A DNA stretch of 64,000 nucleotides, from contig NC_043002.1 of NCBI RefSeq assembly GCF_006345805.1, positions 59,892,001-59,956,000 of the forward strand. The letters run 5' to 3'. The notes under the pieces are model-generated. The model searched no databases. It was given only the letters and a program-made list of their open reading frames with translations, and was not told the origin of the DNA. The translations under genes and the position numbers were made by a program. This DNA comes from Octopus sinensis (lineage: Eukaryota). Shown piece after piece: positions 24,191 through 36,468 of the stretch. Within the stretch, counting starts at the first letter, position 1. Every line of letters begins with the position of its first letter.

Positions 24191-24708
24191 AAAGTAAACT
24201 TCCACAGTTTCTCTCTTCCAAATTCACCCAGAGAACACTGCTGGTCTCGGGGCCTTTCTAGAAGCAAGTTGGCATGCAATGAGACTAAACTCCAAACAAC
24301 GCAATTGCAAAGCGACGTTCTCAACCGCATAGATAGGCCTGTGCTTATATAGCAAACTAGAAACAAATTCACCTCTAGTTTGTGCTGAAGTCTATTTATT
24401 TTTAAAATTTCCCTAAAGTCATCTGCAGAATTGTGGAGGTTGAGTTACTTTTGAAGACTCTCACGTTCATTTGGAATGTTTCCCTCGGCATTTTCGACTC
24501 GCTCATTATCGTTTTTCTGTTGCCTCTCTTTCTGTCAGTTTACATAGAAATGCATTTCTCCAATTTCATTTTAGTTTTAACAATTTTATTGATTACTTGA
24601 AGAGGTGCTTGCCATGGCTTCTATCGCTGCTGTTAATGTAGTTTTTGTTGTTGTTTTTATTTATTGATATTACTGTTTTCTTGGTACTTTAATATTTCCA
24701 AAAGTTAG

Positions 24709-25058
24709 GGCGTCGAGCTGGCATAATACTTAGCATGCCGAGCAAAAATGCTTAGTGGCATCTCACCCATGTTTATGTTCTGAGTTCATATTCCGCCGAG
24801 GTCATCCTTTGCCGTTCATCCTATTCAGGGTCGATAAAATAAGTACCACACGACTGGAGCCAATGTATTCGACTCACCCTCTGCCCCGAAACTACTGGTA
24901 TTGAAGTCAATATTTTCAAAAGTGATGGTGGTGTGTTGCTAGAATCTTTAGCACGCCGGGAAAAATACATAGTGGCATTTCATCCGGACTTTACTTTCTG
25001 ATTTCAAATTCTACCGATGCCCGCTTTGCCTTTCATCCTTTCGAGGATCGAAAGAATA
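24709..25058 (+). mobile_element. Two degenerate tandem copies of SINE family A
   Basis: TTCCGCCGAGGTC..CTTTGCC.TTCATCC motif at ~24790 and a decayed version at ~25010. Confidence 0.65.
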
Positions 25059-25059
25059 T

Positions 25060-25350
25060 TCAAGGTAGCCTACAAAGACAGAGTCACAAATTCTGAAGAC
25101 TTGAGAAGAGGCAATCTGCACAACCCACCGAAAATTGTTGAAGAAAGAAGAGCATGGCTTGTAGGTCAGGTTTTCTGACAACCAGAAGAGAGTTATTCAA
25201 TGGGGACCACCAGAATGCCAAATTAATAGAGGGTGACACAAGAAGACGAGGCATTCAAAGGTCGGAAAAATCTGAGCATCCCCTGGGAAGATGCAAGTGA
25301 AAATGTCCAAAGATAGGGTGATTAAAAACGCCTTGCTACTCGATGGACAG
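25060..25350 (+). mobile_element. Degenerate RTE-like LINE, 3' coding relic
   Basis: KVAYKDRVTNSEDLRRGNL...IVEERRAWLVGQV resembles the RTE C-terminal pattern W.DRITNEE.LRR...RR.W.GH; several stops. Confidence 0.5.
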
Positions 25351-25510
25351 GTGAAGTGTACAGAATTAAGACTAACATTATCTCGTTTTCACTATTGATG
25401 TTTATGTCTAGCTTCAAATAAAATCCGTTTTGCAAACTGACAAATGAAGAATATGACTCTGATTGTCTGCTGGTATCCGTGCGTGTGTGTGTGTGTGTAT
25501 GTGTGTGTGT

Positions 25511-25547
<37 letters not shown>

Positions 25548-25720
25548 CGCACCTGTGACTGTCTGAAACTGTGCGTTTAAGTGTTTGTATATGTACGTAA
25601 TTGTATGAGTCTGTGTATGTGTCTCCCCGTAACTGTGTGAGATTAACCGGAAACAACCGAAATATTATTTCAGAAATTGTAAGCAGATGATAGCTGTATG
25701 TTGTATGTAGGTATATATGC

Positions 25721-25752
<32 letters not shown>

Positions 25753-25779
25753 ATATATATAATATATATATATATTATA

Positions 25780-25817
<38 letters not shown>

Positions 25818-25926
25818 TATATAACTACATATATATATATACAAATATATATATAGTACATATATATATATATATATTATATATCTGTAGATATTATATA
25901 TTATATTATATATATATTACCATCCA

Positions 25927-26650
25927 GAACGGCCATAATAGGCCATTCGCCCACTAGAAAAACAGCCAAAAGCCTCAACCGCAAAATAACATCAATTCCG
26001 TAAACCAGGAGAAAATTAAAAAACATTTACCCTGTAATTTCTTATACGATGCACCGTTTCATCTACTGTTTAATGGTAAACTAACCTGATTTAATTAAAT
26101 CAAGCCAATCTTCCATAGGCCCTTAGATTCATCAGTAAGAAATAGCCAAGTCGGAACAGATATTTTTCACGAGGCATTCCCGTCCCTGCCTCGGCAATAT
26201 CTGACCTAAAATTTTCAAATCATCGCACTCGCGCCAAATTTATCGGCAGCAAATAAATATAAGCCGCCGATTCCATTACGGAATTAACCAGGAAAATTCA
26301 TTATTAATCATATAGGGTGGCAAAAAAATTTTGTAGAATTTTTTTGCCACCAGCGGCCTAGTGGGAAAAAATTAAATAGTCATAGACCATTTTTAAGTTC
26401 AACATACCAATCAAGGAACGGCCATGATAGGCCATTCACCCACTAGAAATAACAGCCAAAAGCCTCAACCGCAAAATAACATCAATTCCGTAAACCAGGA
26501 GAAAATTAATTTCTTATACGATGCACCGTTTCATCTACTGTTTAATGGTAAACTAACCTGATTAAATTAAATCAAGCCAATCTTCCCACTAGGCCGCTGG
26601 TAGCAAAAACATTCTACAAAATTTTTTTGCCACCCTATATTGATTAATAA
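25927..26650. repeat. Nested direct + inverted repeat unit around the hammerhead
   Basis: Direct repeats 25927-26114 and 26416-26586; inverted repeats 26301-26367 and 26583-26650; (TA)n on both flanks. Confidence 0.85.
26037..26143 (-). ncRNA. Canonical type I hammerhead ribozyme with 60-nt stem II insertion
   Basis: Stem I AUUUCUUA/UAAGAAAU (8 bp); CUGAUGA at 26135-26129; stem II AUCU/AGAU; GAAA at 26060-26057; stem III near-palindrome ACGGUGCAUCGU; UA site, with predicted cleavage 3' of 26045. Confidence 0.85.
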
Positions 26651-26652
26651 AT

Positions 26653-26711
<59 letters not shown>

Positions 26712-26727
26712 ATAATTATATATATAT

Positions 26728-27059
26728 GAGGTTAAAAATGAACACACGAGTCGATTTATAAGGAAAAATAGTCAAGGTAGAAAGTGCTAAAATAATTTTA
26801 TAAAAAACATTTCAGTACCGGTTTCGGTCATTGAGATTTTTTCAACTGTAAATATGGAAAACAATGAAATTTTGGAATAATTTAAAGAAAAATTTTTTAA
26901 AAGAATATTCGCATAGTGTTCAAATACAAGTGGCATTTTCCTTGTTTCTGCCTGCTTCTGTCTATTTTCTTTATACTTGTGGGATGGAGGTCGTTATGAA
27001 TTCTTGGTAGGGAAGAAGAAGGTGAAGAAGAAGAAGAAGAAGAAGAAGAAGAAGAAGAT

Positions 27060-27090
<31 letters not shown>

Positions 27091-27521
27091 AAAAAGAAGA
27101 AGAAGAAGAAGAAGAAGAAGAAGAAGAAGAAGAAGAAGAAGAAGAAGAAGAAGAAGAAGAAGAAGAAGAAGGCGGGAATGCCATAATAGTAGTGTGTTAA
27201 ATGGTCAAGTGCCCTGAAAGTGACTTGTTGTGGATGGTAGTAGTGATTGAATTCCTGGAACATCTCTGTTGAATGTTCTGTTTATAAAATTTGCGTAGGT
27301 GTTATTCTAAACAGCCATAGTAGTAAAGTTAGGAAGGAAGAAGAAAACGAAGAAAGAAAAGGGAGAATAAGGAAGAATGTAGGTAGTTTGATAGTAGTAA
27401 GGTGGTAAATGTTTAAGTGACCTAAACTTGGATCGTTATGAATTATAGGTCATTGCTTGGAATCGAACTCGGAATCTTGGGGTTAGTAGCCCGCGCTCTT
27501 AACCACTACACCACATGCCCG
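26728..27521 (-). mobile_element. tRNA-headed element with (TTC)n and variant-hammerhead tail (family 2)
   Basis: Head 27521-27448 (A box TGGTGTAGTGG, B box GTTCGATTCC), unique body, (GAA)n on + at ~27012-27170, then a tail homologous to 46140-46370 with CAG-UUGAAAA...GACC-GAAACCGGUA-CUG at 26813-26848; ends at (TA)n. Continuity of head and tail as one element is inferred. Confidence 0.6.
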
Positions 27522-27760
27522 AGTTTGAGTCCAAGCAGTGAGCTGAACAAGAACAACAACAACAACAACAACATCGAAAAATACCTTAGGAATGAGAATC
27601 CAGGTTCGAAATTTCCCCAAGACACCCGATGAAGCCTGAGGGGGGGGGGTATATCAGCCAAAACGTTGTGTTAACAACAAACAAGATAAGGAGAAATATC
27701 CGTCAAATCTAAGTAACGTAAATATTGTACATAATTCCTCATCTCTTAAAATATAGAACT
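27518..27760 (+). mobile_element. 5'-truncated family 1 element (B box, (AAC)n, hammerhead tail)
   Basis: CCCGAGTTTGAGTCCAAGCAGTG, (AAC)n, ATCGAAAAATACCTTAGGAATGAGAA...ACAC-CCGAUGA-AGCCUG...CAGCC-AAAACGUU-GUGU. Confidence 0.8.
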
Positions 27761-27804
27761 TTGATATTCCTCTATTTTTAGTGCGTTGTCTGTCTTGTGC
27801 ATCA

Positions 27805-28188
27805 TCTCTCTCTATATAAACGGCAGTTTGTCTGTGCGTGTTTCTGTGTGTCTGTTTGCTTGTACCCTCACCCTGACCACGGCTTTCAACCGATTCTGAT
27901 GAAACTTGACTCACACATAGCCCAATGTCATAATTCAAAACTAACGCAGCGAAAATTTTGAAAAGTTCCCCCAGTTCTGAAAAAAATCGATAAATTCGAC
28001 ATGGGGTCGAGAACCAGGAACACAAACCACAAACTGTGTAGGGGACGCAACTCCACCTTTTTTAACTATCAAAAAAAATTTACCATAATTTTTTTCCATT
28101 TTTTTGCTATTTTTTGGCTATAACTCTCTAAAAATGCTTTATAGTTATTTCCCTTACAAACCTGAGCAACGCCGGGCGATACTGCTAG
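27805..28188 (+). mobile_element. Non-autonomous Helitron
   Basis: 5' A|TCTCTCTCTATATAAACGGCAG; 3' GC-rich hairpin-like GAGCAACGCCGGGCG followed by CTAG (28185-28188)|T. No TSD and an A-T target, as for canonical Helitrons. Confidence 0.75.
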
Positions 28189-28469
28189 TATATAATACGC
28201 TATGTTTTCCTGGCGTCCATACATTGTGTATGATACACTTTCACATGTTCGCTAATCACTAGAGTACATTGTTTCTTATGAAAAGACAATTTTTTAATAC
28301 TTGGAGCATATAATAATATAACAAGACAAACTTACTAAAACTTTTGTAAAGATAAATTGTTAAGGTGTGGATGGTTTCACTATTATTTCTAACAAACTGA
28401 AGTTTAATATAAAGGATCATTGATGGATAGTATGCCGTATGGGTGGTTCTAGTATCAAACATGCATATA

Positions 28470-28860
28470 GGCGCAAGAACGGGTGTGTGGTAAGTTGCTA
28501 TATAGGCGCAGGAGTGGCTGTGTGGTAATTAGCTTGCTTACCAACCATATGGTTCCTTGTTCAGCCAAACTGCATGGTATCTTGTGAGTTGATTTGGTAG
28601 ACGTAACCTGAAAGAAGCTCGTCGTATATATGTATATATGTGTGTGTGTGTATGTTTATGTGTCTGTGTCTAGCATTGTTTGACAATCGATGCTGGTTGT
28701 TTATGTCTCCGTCACTTTGCAGTTCGGCAAAAGAGACCGATAGAATAAGTACTAGGCTTACAAAGAATAAGTCCCGGGACGATTTGCTCGACAAAAGGCG
28801 GTGCTCCAGCATGGCCACAGTCAAATGACTGAAACAACTAAAAGGGTAAAGAGTAAGAGT
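28470..28860 (+). mobile_element. SINE family B with duplicated 5' head
   Basis: GGCGCA.GA..GG.TGTGTGGTAA occurs at 28470 and 28505; internal (TG)n; 3' AAAGAGT-like repeats. Confidence 0.85.
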
Positions 28861-29309
28861 ATACTATTCCTACTTTTGTTGTCGCAAAGTATAAAAGTCG
28901 GATTCATTGGCCATAAGATCATCCTGTCTGATTCATTCTCGAAACCACGGTTTTTCCAGTGTTTTCGTTAGCTGCATCGTTTCTCTCTCTGTTGGGTCTC
29001 TTCCTAAATACAATATTGTCTATTCAATAAAAATTTACAAAATCGAGAAAAAGGAAATGAAAAATGAAAATAAAATAAAATAGAATTAACAATGGTTTCC
29101 ACTTTTGTAAATGAAGATATACAAAGCGCTGACTCAATCATACTCGCCATATTTTTGTTACGTTTCCAAATATAACAATCAGCAAAATTGTACGATAATG
29201 TGATTTGAAACGGGTAAAATCAACAGTAATTTTAGTAAAACTTAGAGGACAACACGACAATGCGGCTCTCAGGCTTGAAGCAAAGATGGCAATAATAGGC
29301 TATGATTAA

Positions 29310-29342
<33 letters not shown>

Positions 29343-29360
29343 AATGATGATGATGATGAT

Positions 29361-29392
<32 letters not shown>

Positions 29393-30021
29393 TTGTTTCT
29401 AACATCACGACATAAGAAAGCGTTCCTTCAATTAATTCCACTGAGGCGCGAATATTATAACACACACACACGCACACACACACATACATACACACTTTTA
29501 CATAATCAAATACACATTCAAGCTCACACACAAGCAGATACATACGTTATTTATATAGCATATAAATACGTATGCATATGGATATATGTATTATAGATTA
29601 TATATATGTGTATGTATGTATGTATGTATGTATGTATGTATGTATGTATGTATGTGCGTATGTATGTATGCGTGGGTTCCTTCTATTTTGCTTTGGTATA
29701 CTATATTTTGTTTCATATGCTCAGTCTAATGTAGCATTATTTCTCTTAAAATGTACAGTAACAACACACGCTGCAGTCAGTCAAAGTACGATATTTTCGT
29801 CCAAGAATTCGTTTATTAAATTTGAAAAGTTTTGATTAGATCACCTCTGGAATCGTCACCAGATTGACCAGGTTGGATAATCTATTATGTACGCTAATTC
29901 TAGATATACCATCAGGATAACGAAATGAATAGAAAAGTTCTTGAGAAGTGAAAATTCCATACACCAACTTCCCGTCACAAACATATACACATTACAAAAT
30001 GAACACGGAGAGGGAAACAAC

Positions 30022-30081
<60 letters not shown>

Positions 30082-30118
30082 ATGTGTGTGTATGTGTGTG
30101 TAAGTGTGTATGCATAAA

Positions 30119-30155
<37 letters not shown>

Positions 30156-30408
30156 ACAAAACAAGGACGATACTGGTGACAGAAACAATTTTATCTGAGA
30201 CACTAAACGAAATAAACTTAACTGGGTATAGTTTGGCATCTTAATAGAGTTATTTACACATAAAACAGCGTGGAAAAATCGTGTCATCTAAGTAACACAA
30301 CTTTAATGGTCTAAACATCGTAATACAACAGAAACAAATTCACACAAGGAAACAATATTGTAACGGAAACGAAACAACACAAGACTGTAAAATAAGAAAA
30401 TATGAACG

Positions 30409-30458
<50 letters not shown>

Positions 30459-30481
30459 ATGTGTGTGTGTGTGTGTATATA

Positions 30482-30523
<42 letters not shown>

Positions 30524-30552
30524 CGTATATATATACGTATATATAATGTATA

Positions 30553-30592
<40 letters not shown>

Positions 30593-30997
30593 GTATATAT
30601 ATGTATATATATATGTACATATATATGTATATATATGTATATATATATGTATATATATATAATATATATATATATATATTATATGTATATATATATATAT
30701 ATGTATATATATGTATATATATGTATGTATATGTATATATATTATATATATATATAATATATATATATATATATTATATATATATATATATATGTAAAAT
30801 AATCAAGGACTGGCAGCTGAGTTTATTAAAGCTAATTTAATACTTCAGTTTCATTCAACTCCTTAGATTGAACATAATTAAATAAATAAATGTATAAAGG
30901 AGCTTGTTACCTTTCAAGAATAACCTATTGAAATAACAGCAACAAAAATAATAATCATAATAACAGCAGTACGAAGGTGATGATGATGGCGATGTCT

Positions 30998-31029
<32 letters not shown>

Positions 31030-31953
31030 AGTAATTGTAAAGCGAAAGAAATATGACAGAACACAAGAAAAAGATGAGGGTGAAAGCGAGAAAACGCAAA
31101 TGATATCATTTGCATGGCAACGTCAACACTTAATAAGACACACTTCGAAGCTATGTCTGAAGTTCTTAATTAAATATCCTCTTTAAACTTGTCACAAACC
31201 CCTTAAATTTTTCCATCTACCTCCTACAACTTCCTACAACCGCCACCGCCACAGCCACCTCTGACTCTACCACCTAATACTAATGGAAATGTTAGATGCG
31301 CTCGTCTTTACAGTCCTTCGTTATCTTTCCACTTCCCTGTCTTACTTTTCTTAATTCTTCTTCCAACGCTCACACTCATAGCAACGGACGAATCTAATAT
31401 AGAATTTTCAATTTCTCTTCATATTCTTACGATTCAAGCTAGGATTGAGCCAAGATTCTAAGCTAATTAAGAGTCCCTTCATGTTTATTCACGCAAGTCT
31501 GATAAACATTGCCAGGATGGCTAAATAACCTGTCCTTAATAAAAGGGACCCATCCAATGAAGACAAATATATATTGAATTCATATTAGAGAATATAGAAG
31601 TTAATATATTCAATATATATATATCTTCCTTGCTGTCGGAACACACGCATACAAACACACATACCCCCCCCACACACACACACACATGCACGAACACACA
31701 CACATTCATATATTATGGAGTTATGGTTGAAATCTGAGTCATATCCTCTCGAACCACACCTGCTTATTCCAATATTCCAATTTCGTCCGTAGATGCCATA
31801 TTTATTTCAGACACTGTTTGATTCTCTTACTGAAAAATACTTCTAATATCTTACATGTTTGTCCTATATGCACAATTTAGTAACTCCTATTAACAAATGG
31901 GACATATGTATCGGCGACTAAATAATACCACATCATTTATGTGTATGTGTGTG

Positions 31954-32006
<53 letters not shown>

Positions 32007-32448
32007 TGTGTGTGTGTGTTTGTGTGTGTATATTCAACAAAAACAATAGCAACATTTAACAAAAATATCTTTAAACGATTACTTCGATTTCTGCCTGGCG
32101 TTATGTTTAAATTTATGTTGAAAAAAATTTATTGAAAAAAAGCCGCAATAATTATGCACCAACCTAATATATACGATGATTTAATATATACAATGATTTA
32201 TGTTTATATCCATTTTTATATACGTGATGAACCTGACTCATATATTGTTGAAACGAGTGTAATGAAAGAATAAGTATGATACCATTATTCAATTTCCTAT
32301 ATTCTCTGTAACAAACAGATCATACCCGGAAATTTAATTTGACCGAAAGGTTTTTTTCTGGAAGGGAAACTCTCCATGTATATAGTCTTCTAACAGAGGA
32401 TTCATAAATCCCTGTTTATTTTAAACGCACACACACACACGCACACAC

Positions 32449-32489
<41 letters not shown>

Positions 32490-32619
32490 ACACACACACG
32501 CACAATATTATGTGTTCGTCTCATCAAACCAAGACTTGTTGAAAAGACTTCTATTCTTGAGTTTAGGTACATACATACATACATACATATATACATACAT
32601 ACATACATACATACATACT

Positions 32620-32765
32620 ATGTGAATTATCTATATTTATTTGTTTTGCTCGCTTACGTTCTGGTGTTTGCTAAATTTTTCTTGAGAACATTTCTTAGTG
32701 GTAAGACCATAGCGGATCTACTTCTAGCATAAGAGTTGTCCACATAGTGGTTATCCCTCTCATAT
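32620..32765 (+). mobile_element. pLTR-like tail fragment, same family as 60810-61090
   Basis: Its reverse complement (GATAACCAC..GTGGA..CTCTTATGCT.GAAG..GTCTTACCAC.AAG..AGCAAAC.CCAGAA.GTAA.CGAGCAA.ACAAAT) aligns with 60812-60945. Both end at (TA)n. Confidence 0.65.
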
Positions 32766-32770
32766 ATATG

Positions 32771-32804
<34 letters not shown>

Positions 32805-32939
32805 TGTATGTATGTATGTATGTACATACATACATACATACATACAACATACATACATACATACATACACACACATATATATATATATTATATATATATA
32901 TATATTATATATATATATATATAATATATATATATATAC

Positions 32940-33490
32940 AGTTGAAATTTACAGAAAAACAAATGACGATGATAGGTGTATAAACAACAAACAGGTGTAT
33001 TAGTTTAAAGTTCGGCAGCTTGAGCAAATCTTTTACGTTTTGCGCCTATGCTCTTTAACCGAAAGGTATACAAGGAAAGAAACGGAGAGTGAATAAAAAA
33101 AATATCTTTTGTAGCTAGCGGTCAAGCATGGTGGCTTGCTAAACAGGGGTAATTAGACAGAAGAGCTAAGAAGAAGGGGATACAATAAAGTATTAATGAT
33201 TCTGAAACCGAAGGTGCGCGTGCGAGTGTATATGAGTATGTGTGTGTGCGTCTGTAATGTGTTGGTGTTTGGACGATGGTGTTGGTGTTGGGAAGCGTCA
33301 GTGCTAGTGTGTGTGGGGTGGCGTGATGTGTTGTGGTGGTGTGTGGTTGTTCCTGTGTTCCTTTCTGTGGAAGGGCCTAGGCTCGAAACGTTAAAGAATT
33401 TTTCAATCCCCGAGCATTATACTAATTCATCTGTCTATTTTCTACACCACCTATCTTCGTCTTTTGTTTTTTCGTAAATTTTCCCATATA
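32940..33490. mobile_element. Divergent pair of pLTR-like fragments with hammerhead remnants (33030-33066 -, 33361-33396 +)
   Basis: + copy CUUU-CUGUGGA-AGGGCCUAGGCUC-GAAACGUU-AAAG; - copy UUAAAGA-GCAUAGGCGC-AAAACGUA-AAAG. (TA)n on both outer flanks. Confidence 0.55.
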
Positions 33491-33511
33491 TATATAATAT
33501 ATTTCATGCAG

Positions 33512-33619
33512 CTGGCGGAAATGAGTTGCACCTGTTATTCAAAGGGCCAGTTTCAGCAGATTCTACATCACGCTGAATCTCTCTTGGAGGACTCTGTGTG
33601 TGGGTACGCCTTCCCGTGG
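33512..33619 (+). CDS. Putative internal coding exon of an unidentified host gene (108 nt, phase 0-0)
   Basis: TTTCATGCAG| acceptor and TGG|GTGAGC donor. The only open frame gives LAEMSCTCYSKGQFQQILHHAESLLEDSVCGYAFPW, in a GC-rich island. An open minus frame (..YIENWQAFAPRRLRWRTFQFNLATEKL..) overlaps the island, so the orientation is uncertain. Confidence 0.3.
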
Positions 33620-33853
33620 GTGAGCCCAACTACCTGCACATTAATTTCACGAGCCAGCTTTTCCGTTGCTAAGTTAAACTGGAAAGTACGCCATCGTAGC
33701 CGACGTGGTGCGAATGCTTGCCAATTTTCAATGTATTCATAGATATGAGAGTATTTGTGTTTATATCGATGCCTTTTCTATCATCATTGTTTATTCAGAC
33801 TTATTAGTTTTAAATATCTCTTAAAATATCAGTAATTCACACACACACACACA

Positions 33854-33889
<36 letters not shown>

Positions 33890-34899
33890 TGACTAGTGTG
33901 TTTGACTATCGCCCACGTTGTTCGTATATATCAAATAGTATTCACAGCAGAGGAATCAATATTAATGTCATTTTAATCTGAAAAGATGTTAGACACCAAT
34001 AATATCATATATGAACGTCCCATATGAAACAATCAACATATTTCCAGTTACATCAAAGTGGTGTTAGTTTTCTTATCAGCAAGAATATATAATTAATTCT
34101 AAAATGGCGTTTATGAATTCTCTGCAATATATAATGCTGCTTTAGTCTGTTAAAATAATATACATCTCAATGAAATTAACGTCGCACTTCATAACTGTAG
34201 AGGAATAACAATTTTCCTATCTAACTTTTTCTTTCATCTCGCTTCTGGTATTTCTTTCACTGAAAATTTTGTCCGTCGTTTTCACAAAGACCCCTAAATT
34301 CTTTGACTTTCAATCTTACAGCCCAAGGATAAATGATTGCCAAACCAGAACTGTGACTATTAAGTGGCCAGTAATAAGCCCTTTTATTTTTATTTCTACA
34401 CAGTGGCATAGCTAATGTGGGAGTAAGGGGTTCGACCGCTACTCATGAGCACATCTTCAAAATTGGTGCTTTTTCAACAACAATTTAAACCTGTATCAGT
34501 GACTGTAATTTTCATACGTACTTTACTTCGTAATGACATTAATCAGTGTAGAATACAATTACGTATAGTATAACTAATGAAATATTTCTTATACTATAAG
34601 AGAAATGATTTTAAAATTGTCTGGTGTGCGTCAGGGCTGCGCTTTGTCATATATTTCCTTTTTGTATCTATCTTTGATATACTGGTGTTATTGTTTACTG
34701 ACTCTGATCCCTTCTTTTTTGAGTTTTCTAAGCCTGAGTCAAGCGCGTGGTTTTATTCTTTAATATATCTTGGCGTTTATCGTTCGTATTTGTCATCACA
34801 TTTTCCGTTGTTTTCTCCTTGTCTATAAATTTTACTTAGGTGTAGTTAATACTCCGTTTGCACTTCATCATTTTCTCTTACACATTAGTCGCAGATTTT

Positions 34900-35106
34900 G
34901 GCATAAGGTCAACAATTTCGAGTGTAAGGGGTAAGTCGATTACATTCAACCCAATGCTCAGTTAGTACTTAATTTATCGATTCTGAATGGACGAAACCAA
35001 AGTCGAACTCGGCGGAATTTGAACAGAGAGGGTAAGAGCAGATGAAATGCCGCTCGGCATTGTGCTCTTTTGCTCGGCGTGCTCACGCTTTTGTCAGCTC
35101 GCTGCC
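34900..35106 (-). mobile_element. SINE family A, degenerate
   Basis: AAGTCGATTACAT...AAAGTCGAACTCGGCGGAATTTGAAC...CAGCTCGCTGCC. Confidence 0.7.
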
Positions 35107-36120
35107 TTATTTCATCATATATATTAATATATACTGAATATTTTTTATCACATGCATTTCACAGCTGCCTATTTCTTTTTTTAAAACAATTTTCTTAATC
35201 CCCTCCTTTATTATTTTGCAGGAGTTTTTCTCTTGAACACAGCACTCACCCTTCTATAGATTTAGATTCATAAATTTGGTACTCTTTCAGTTGTTTCTTG
35301 AATTTTCTCTCTAATTTTTGCAATTCATTTAACTTCCACCTGATACTAAAGAAGTAGTTTGTCTGAAGAATGTCTTGCATATTTACAAATATCTCATTTC
35401 TAGCGTTGAGTTACCTGTTTAGTATTTCCTCAATACTTTTTAGACTACTCCTTTTTAATTTTATCCTCTATTTCTGTTTGTATCTGAAGTGTTACCGTTA
35501 TCCATATGCATTTCCCTGGTTGATTCTGAAACAATTTTCCAATTTTGTCGTCTCTGCCTAATATAATGAACTCAATTACTTTCCATCTTTTGCGACAAAT
35601 CTGACTATATTTAAGGCTTGAATTTGTGCAAACTTTTTAGCATTCCATATGGATATCTTATTCAGTAAAACTATTTTAGGTTATCCTTCTAAAGAGATGT
35701 TTCATAGATCATCTGCAGCAACTGTCCATAATTTCGGTTGGAGAGCTTTAAACTAACAACAATAAGAAGTTGCCCTGGAGGCTTTGCGCCTAATACGTTC
35801 CAATTGTTTTCTGTAATAATATTTTATCCATGTCTATCACACATGTCTCGTTCCAAAATATAAAGAAAGAAATAAAGTGAAAGAGAAAACCACTCAAATG
35901 AATGAATAATAGAAGAAATTGGAACAATAAATAAGTTTCAGTCTGAGAACATTGTGTATGAATGATTAGGCGCACTTTTGTAGTCCAAATGAGATCGTTA
36001 CTCAATCCATGAACGAGCGCCTATCTCTGGTATTCCGGAACACCGCATAATGATATTCATTATTAGCGCTCCATGCTATCACGAATCAGTAATAAAGGAA
36101 GATAGATGTATTTAATAATT

Positions 36121-36468
36121 TTTTTACTTGTTTTAGCCATTAGACAGCAGCCATGCTGGGTCACCGTCTTGAAAATTTTTAGTCGAGCCCAGTACATATT
36201 TTTGAAGTCCGTTGCTTATGCTGTCAAGACCGGTACTCAAGCGGTGATGGTGGTAGGAGGAATACAAACTCAAAAACACACACACACACACAGATATATG
36301 AATATACATATGGTGGGTTTCTTTCAATTTCTGTCTACCAAAATTACTCATAAGGCGTTGGTCGGCCCGCGCCTATCGAAGGAAAACTTGCCCAAGGTAC
36401 TTCACAGCGGGTCTGAAACCGAAACCATGTGTTTGGTACGCTAACTTACGACACAGCTACGCTTGCCC
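36121..36468 (-). mobile_element. SINE family B, degenerate
   Basis: TCTACCAAA..ACTCATAAGGC..ACTTGCCCAAGGT..GAAACCATGTG. Confidence 0.7.

Noticed and set aside
26977-27263. Poly-K / poly-F ORFs
   Set aside because: (GAA)n microsatellite.
27448-27521. Possible tRNA gene with ACT anticodon (also 15399-15472)
   Set aside because: The acceptor and anticodon stems pair poorly, and the sequence is fused to repeat bodies in inverted arrangements; it is a SINE head, not a tRNA.
11620-33740. Shared 15-mer ATTTTCAATGTATTC at ~11622 and ~33724
   Set aside because: An AT-rich 15-mer match is expected by chance in 64 kb, and the flanks do not align.
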